From Okamejei kenojei (Eukaryota), in the NCBI GenBank assembly GCA_035221665.1, contig CM069144.1, positions 39,680,001 to 39,744,000 of the forward strand: 64,000 nucleotides of DNA. Direction: 5' to 3'. Position 1 is the first letter of the stretch, and each line of letters starts with the position of its first letter. The notes under the pieces were generated by a model. It was not told where the DNA came from. It did no database searches and saw only the letters and a program-made list of their open reading frames with translations. This document shows, in pieces, positions 60,868-64,000 of this stretch. The position numbers and the translations under genes were made by a program.

Positions 60868-62144
60868 AAAAATAGATGCAGGAGTAGGCCATTCGGCCCT
60901 TCGAGCCAGCACCACCATTCAATATGATCATGGTTGATCATCCAAAATCAGTACCCCGTTCCTGCTTTCTCCCCATATCCCTTGAATCTGTTAGCCCTAA
61001 GAGCCAAATCTAACTCCCTCTTGAAAATATCCAGCGAATTGGCCTCCACTGCCTTCTGTGGCAGAGAATTCCATAGATTCACAACTTTCTTGGGTGAAAA
61101 AGCTCTTCCTCATCTCAGTTCAAAATTGCCTACCCCTTATTCTTACTCTGTGAACTCTGGTTCTGGACCCCCACCATCCGGAACATTTTTCCTTCATCTA
61201 GTCTGTCCAATTCCTGAAGAATTTTATGTTTCTATAAGATTCCCTCTTATCCTTGTAAATTCCAGTGAATATAAGCTCAGTCGATCCATTCTTTCATGTC
61301 AGTCCTGCCATCCCGGGAATTACCCTGGTGAACCTATGCTGCACTCACTCAATAGCAAGAATGTCCTTCCTCAAATTAGAAGACCAAAACTGCACACAAT
61401 ACTCCAGGTGTGGTCTCTGTACAACTGCAGTAGGACCTCCTTGGTCCTACACTCAAATCCTCTCGCCATGAAGGCCAACACTGCCTGCTGTACCTGCTTG
61501 CTTACTTTCAGTGACTGATGTACAAGGACATGCAAGTCTTGTTGCACCTCCCCATTTCCTAATCTGACATCATTCAGCTAATAATCTGCCTTCTTGTTTT
61601 TGCCACCAAAGTGGATAACCTCACATGTATCCACATTATACTGCATTTGCCTTGCTTCTGCCTACTCACCCAACCTATCCAAGTCACCCTGCAGCTTCAT
61701 AGCATCCTCCTCGCAACACACACTGCCACCCAGCTTTATGTCATCCGCAAACTTAGAGATGTTACATTTAATTCCGTCATCTAAATCGTTAATATATTTA
61801 GTAAATAACGGGTCCCAGCACCGAGCCTTGTGGAGCCACTAGTCACAGCTTGCCATTCTGAAAAGGAACTGTTAATTCCTACTCTTTGATTCCTGTCTGC
61901 CAACCAGGTCTCTGTACATGTCAATACCCTACCCCAATACCATGGCTGTAATTTTGCACACTAATCTCTTGTGTGGGACCTTGTCAAAGGCTTTTTGAAA
62001 GTCCAGATATAGTCCACTGGCTCTCCCTTATCCATTCTACTTGTTACATCCCCCCAAAATTACAGAAGATTACTCACGCATGATTTTCCCTTCATAAATC
62101 AATGCTGGTTTTGACCTATCCTGTCACTGCTTTCCAAATGCGTT
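60771..62144 (+). repeat. Poly-G, (GA)n and A-run microsatellite (60771-60872) abutting the CR1 tail
   Basis: Read directly. Confidence 0.6.
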
Positions 62145-62145
62145 A
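60872..62145 (-). mobile_element. CR1 LINE 3' fragment including RT
   Basis: Reverse complement of the young CR1; KFADD and AFDKVPH motifs. Confidence 0.9.
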
Positions 62146-62739
62146 TCTTAGAGAGAAACGAGGAACGGCAGATGCTGGTTAACAGAAAAAGACACAAAGT
62201 GCTGTGGTAACTCAGTGGGTCAGGTAGCATCTCTGGAGAACATGGAATAGGTAATGTTTCAGGTTGGGACCCTGCCTCTGGCTAGCTTAGAAACAAAGAA
62301 CGGCAGATGCTGGTTTATACCAGCTAGATACAGAATACTGGAGTAACTCAGCGGGTCAGGAACATCTTTAGAGAAAAAGGATGAGTGACGTTTTGGGTCT
62401 GGGTCCTCCTGAAGAAGGGCCATGACCCAAAATGTCACCCATCCTTTATCTTTGGAGATGCTGCCTGACCTGTTGAATTACTCCAGCACTTTGTGTCTAT
62501 CTTAAGAATTATCTTGCACTGATTGGAGAGTTGTGAGCTACCCAGCTGGTGCATGTTTTGTGTGCGCTTGGTAGTATTTTCTTAGCCCAGCAACAACGGC
62601 AGGGCGATATCTTACACCTCCCACACCCACCTCCTGTCCTGGCCCCTCCACATGGCAACTGATCATCAGCTGATACGTTTGTGTTTGAGACCATGGAGTG
62701 GGTGTGTATCCAGGGCCTTCTAATTGCAGGCTGGGAGTG

Positions 62740-63820
62740 TTCTCTCCCAGGGTAGTCGGATGGTGTAGTCTCGGGAGTCCCCTGGGGAAGTTTCCCGGAC
62801 TACTCCTGGTCTACTCCAAGTGTGTATCCTGGTGTGTCTCCTGGTCTACTCCTGGGGTAGTCTGCTGGTCTACTCCTAAGGTAGTCTGCTGGTGTACTCC
62901 TAGGGTAGTCACCTGGTATACACTTCGGGTAGTCAGCTGGGGAATGGTGATGGAATTTAATACAGAGAAATGTGAGGTGTTGCATTTTGGGAAGTCTGAC
63001 CTGGGCAGGACATACACAGTGACAATTGTAGAGCAGGGGGATCTAGGCGTGCAGATGCATGGTTCCTTGAAGGTGGAGTCGCAGGCAGTTCGGGTGGTCA
63101 AAAATACTTTTGGCACATTGGTCTTCATCGGTCAAAGCAATGAGTAGAGATGTTGGGAGGTCATGTTGCAGTTGTGTAAAACATTGGTGAGGCTTGCATT
63201 TAGAGTATTGTGTTCAGTTCTGGGCATCATGTTATAGAAAAGATGTCAAGCTGGAAAGGGTACATTTTTACGAGGATGTTGCCAGAACTAGAGGGTCTGA
63301 GCTATCAGGAGAGGTTTAGTAGGCTGGGACTCTTCCTTGGAGTGCAGGAGAATGAGGGATGATCTTATAGAAGTGTATAAAATCATGAGAGGAATAGATT
63401 GGGTAGATGCACAGTCTCTTGCCCAGAGTAGCGGAATTGAGGACCAGAGGACATGGGTTTAAGGTGAAGGGGAAAATATTTAATAGGAGTCTTGAGGGGC
63501 AATGTTTTCACACAAAGGGTGATGGTTGTATTGAACAAGCTGCCTGAGGAGGTAGCTGAGGCAGGGACTATCCCAACATTTAAGAAACAGTAATACGGGT
63601 ACATGGATCGGAAAGCTTTGGAGGGATAGGGACCAAATGCGGGCATGTGGGACCAGTGTAGCTGGGACATATTGGCCGGTGTGGGCAAGTTGAGCCGTAG
63701 TGCCTGTTTCCACACTCTATCACTCTATGACTCTAGTCACCTGGTGTACTCCTGGGGTAGTCTCCTGGAATGCGCCTGGGGTAGTCGCCTGGACTGCACC
63801 TGGAGTAGTCTCCTGGACTT
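62740..63820 (+). repeat. 24-bp minisatellite (ctactcctggggtagtctgctggt) split by a CR1 insertion
   Basis: Units at 62740-62940 resume at 63734-63820. Confidence 0.8.
62944..63733 (+). mobile_element. CR1 LINE 3' fragment inserted in a minisatellite
   Basis: MEFNTEKCEVLHFG, DLGVQMHGSLKV; ctctatcactctatgactc tail. Confidence 0.88.
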
Positions 63821-64000
63821 GTTAGACCACCCGAGGGTTGTTAGCAACCAACTCATTGGTACGACTTTGGACTGGCATACCAGAGCCAGACAGGGGAAGG
63901 ATGACAGATGGGGAAGGGGGACCTTCCTTAACGGGCACCCAAGAGGCAGTGGGTGGTTCCAGTGGAATATGGAGTGGGTTTCCAGAAAGATTTAATGCGG

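Overview
This is vertebrate genomic DNA, very probably from a cartilaginous fish (skate or ray), judged from the HE1-type SINEs, CR1/HER1 LINEs and Penelope-derived remnants. All reading was done by eye, and family assignments rest on recalled sequences rather than searches. (1) 2767-35389 (+): the last 16 coding exons of ABCF3, all GT-AG and phase-consistent, with a poly(A) signal at 36043. (2) 40666 onward (+): the first five exons of a PHF13/PHF23-family gene ([42 protein letters not shown]...). Its PHD finger lies beyond the window. Its intron 1 is an ~8 kb C-rich minisatellite, and exon 3 has an apparent 2-nt frameshift. (3) About 36065-40087 (-): a candidate TATA/Inr-driven 7-exon transcript that I do not recognise. 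It runs divergent from the PHF gene and tail-to-tail with ABCF3, and its introns hold stems whose G-U pairs form only on the minus strand. The introns also contain two Tc1 DD34E copies, a Helitron 3' end, MITEs, L1, L2, CR1, SINEs and hammerhead-like relics. The very long Pro- or Gly/Arg-rich ORFs at 40.7-48.9 kb are low-complexity artefacts.
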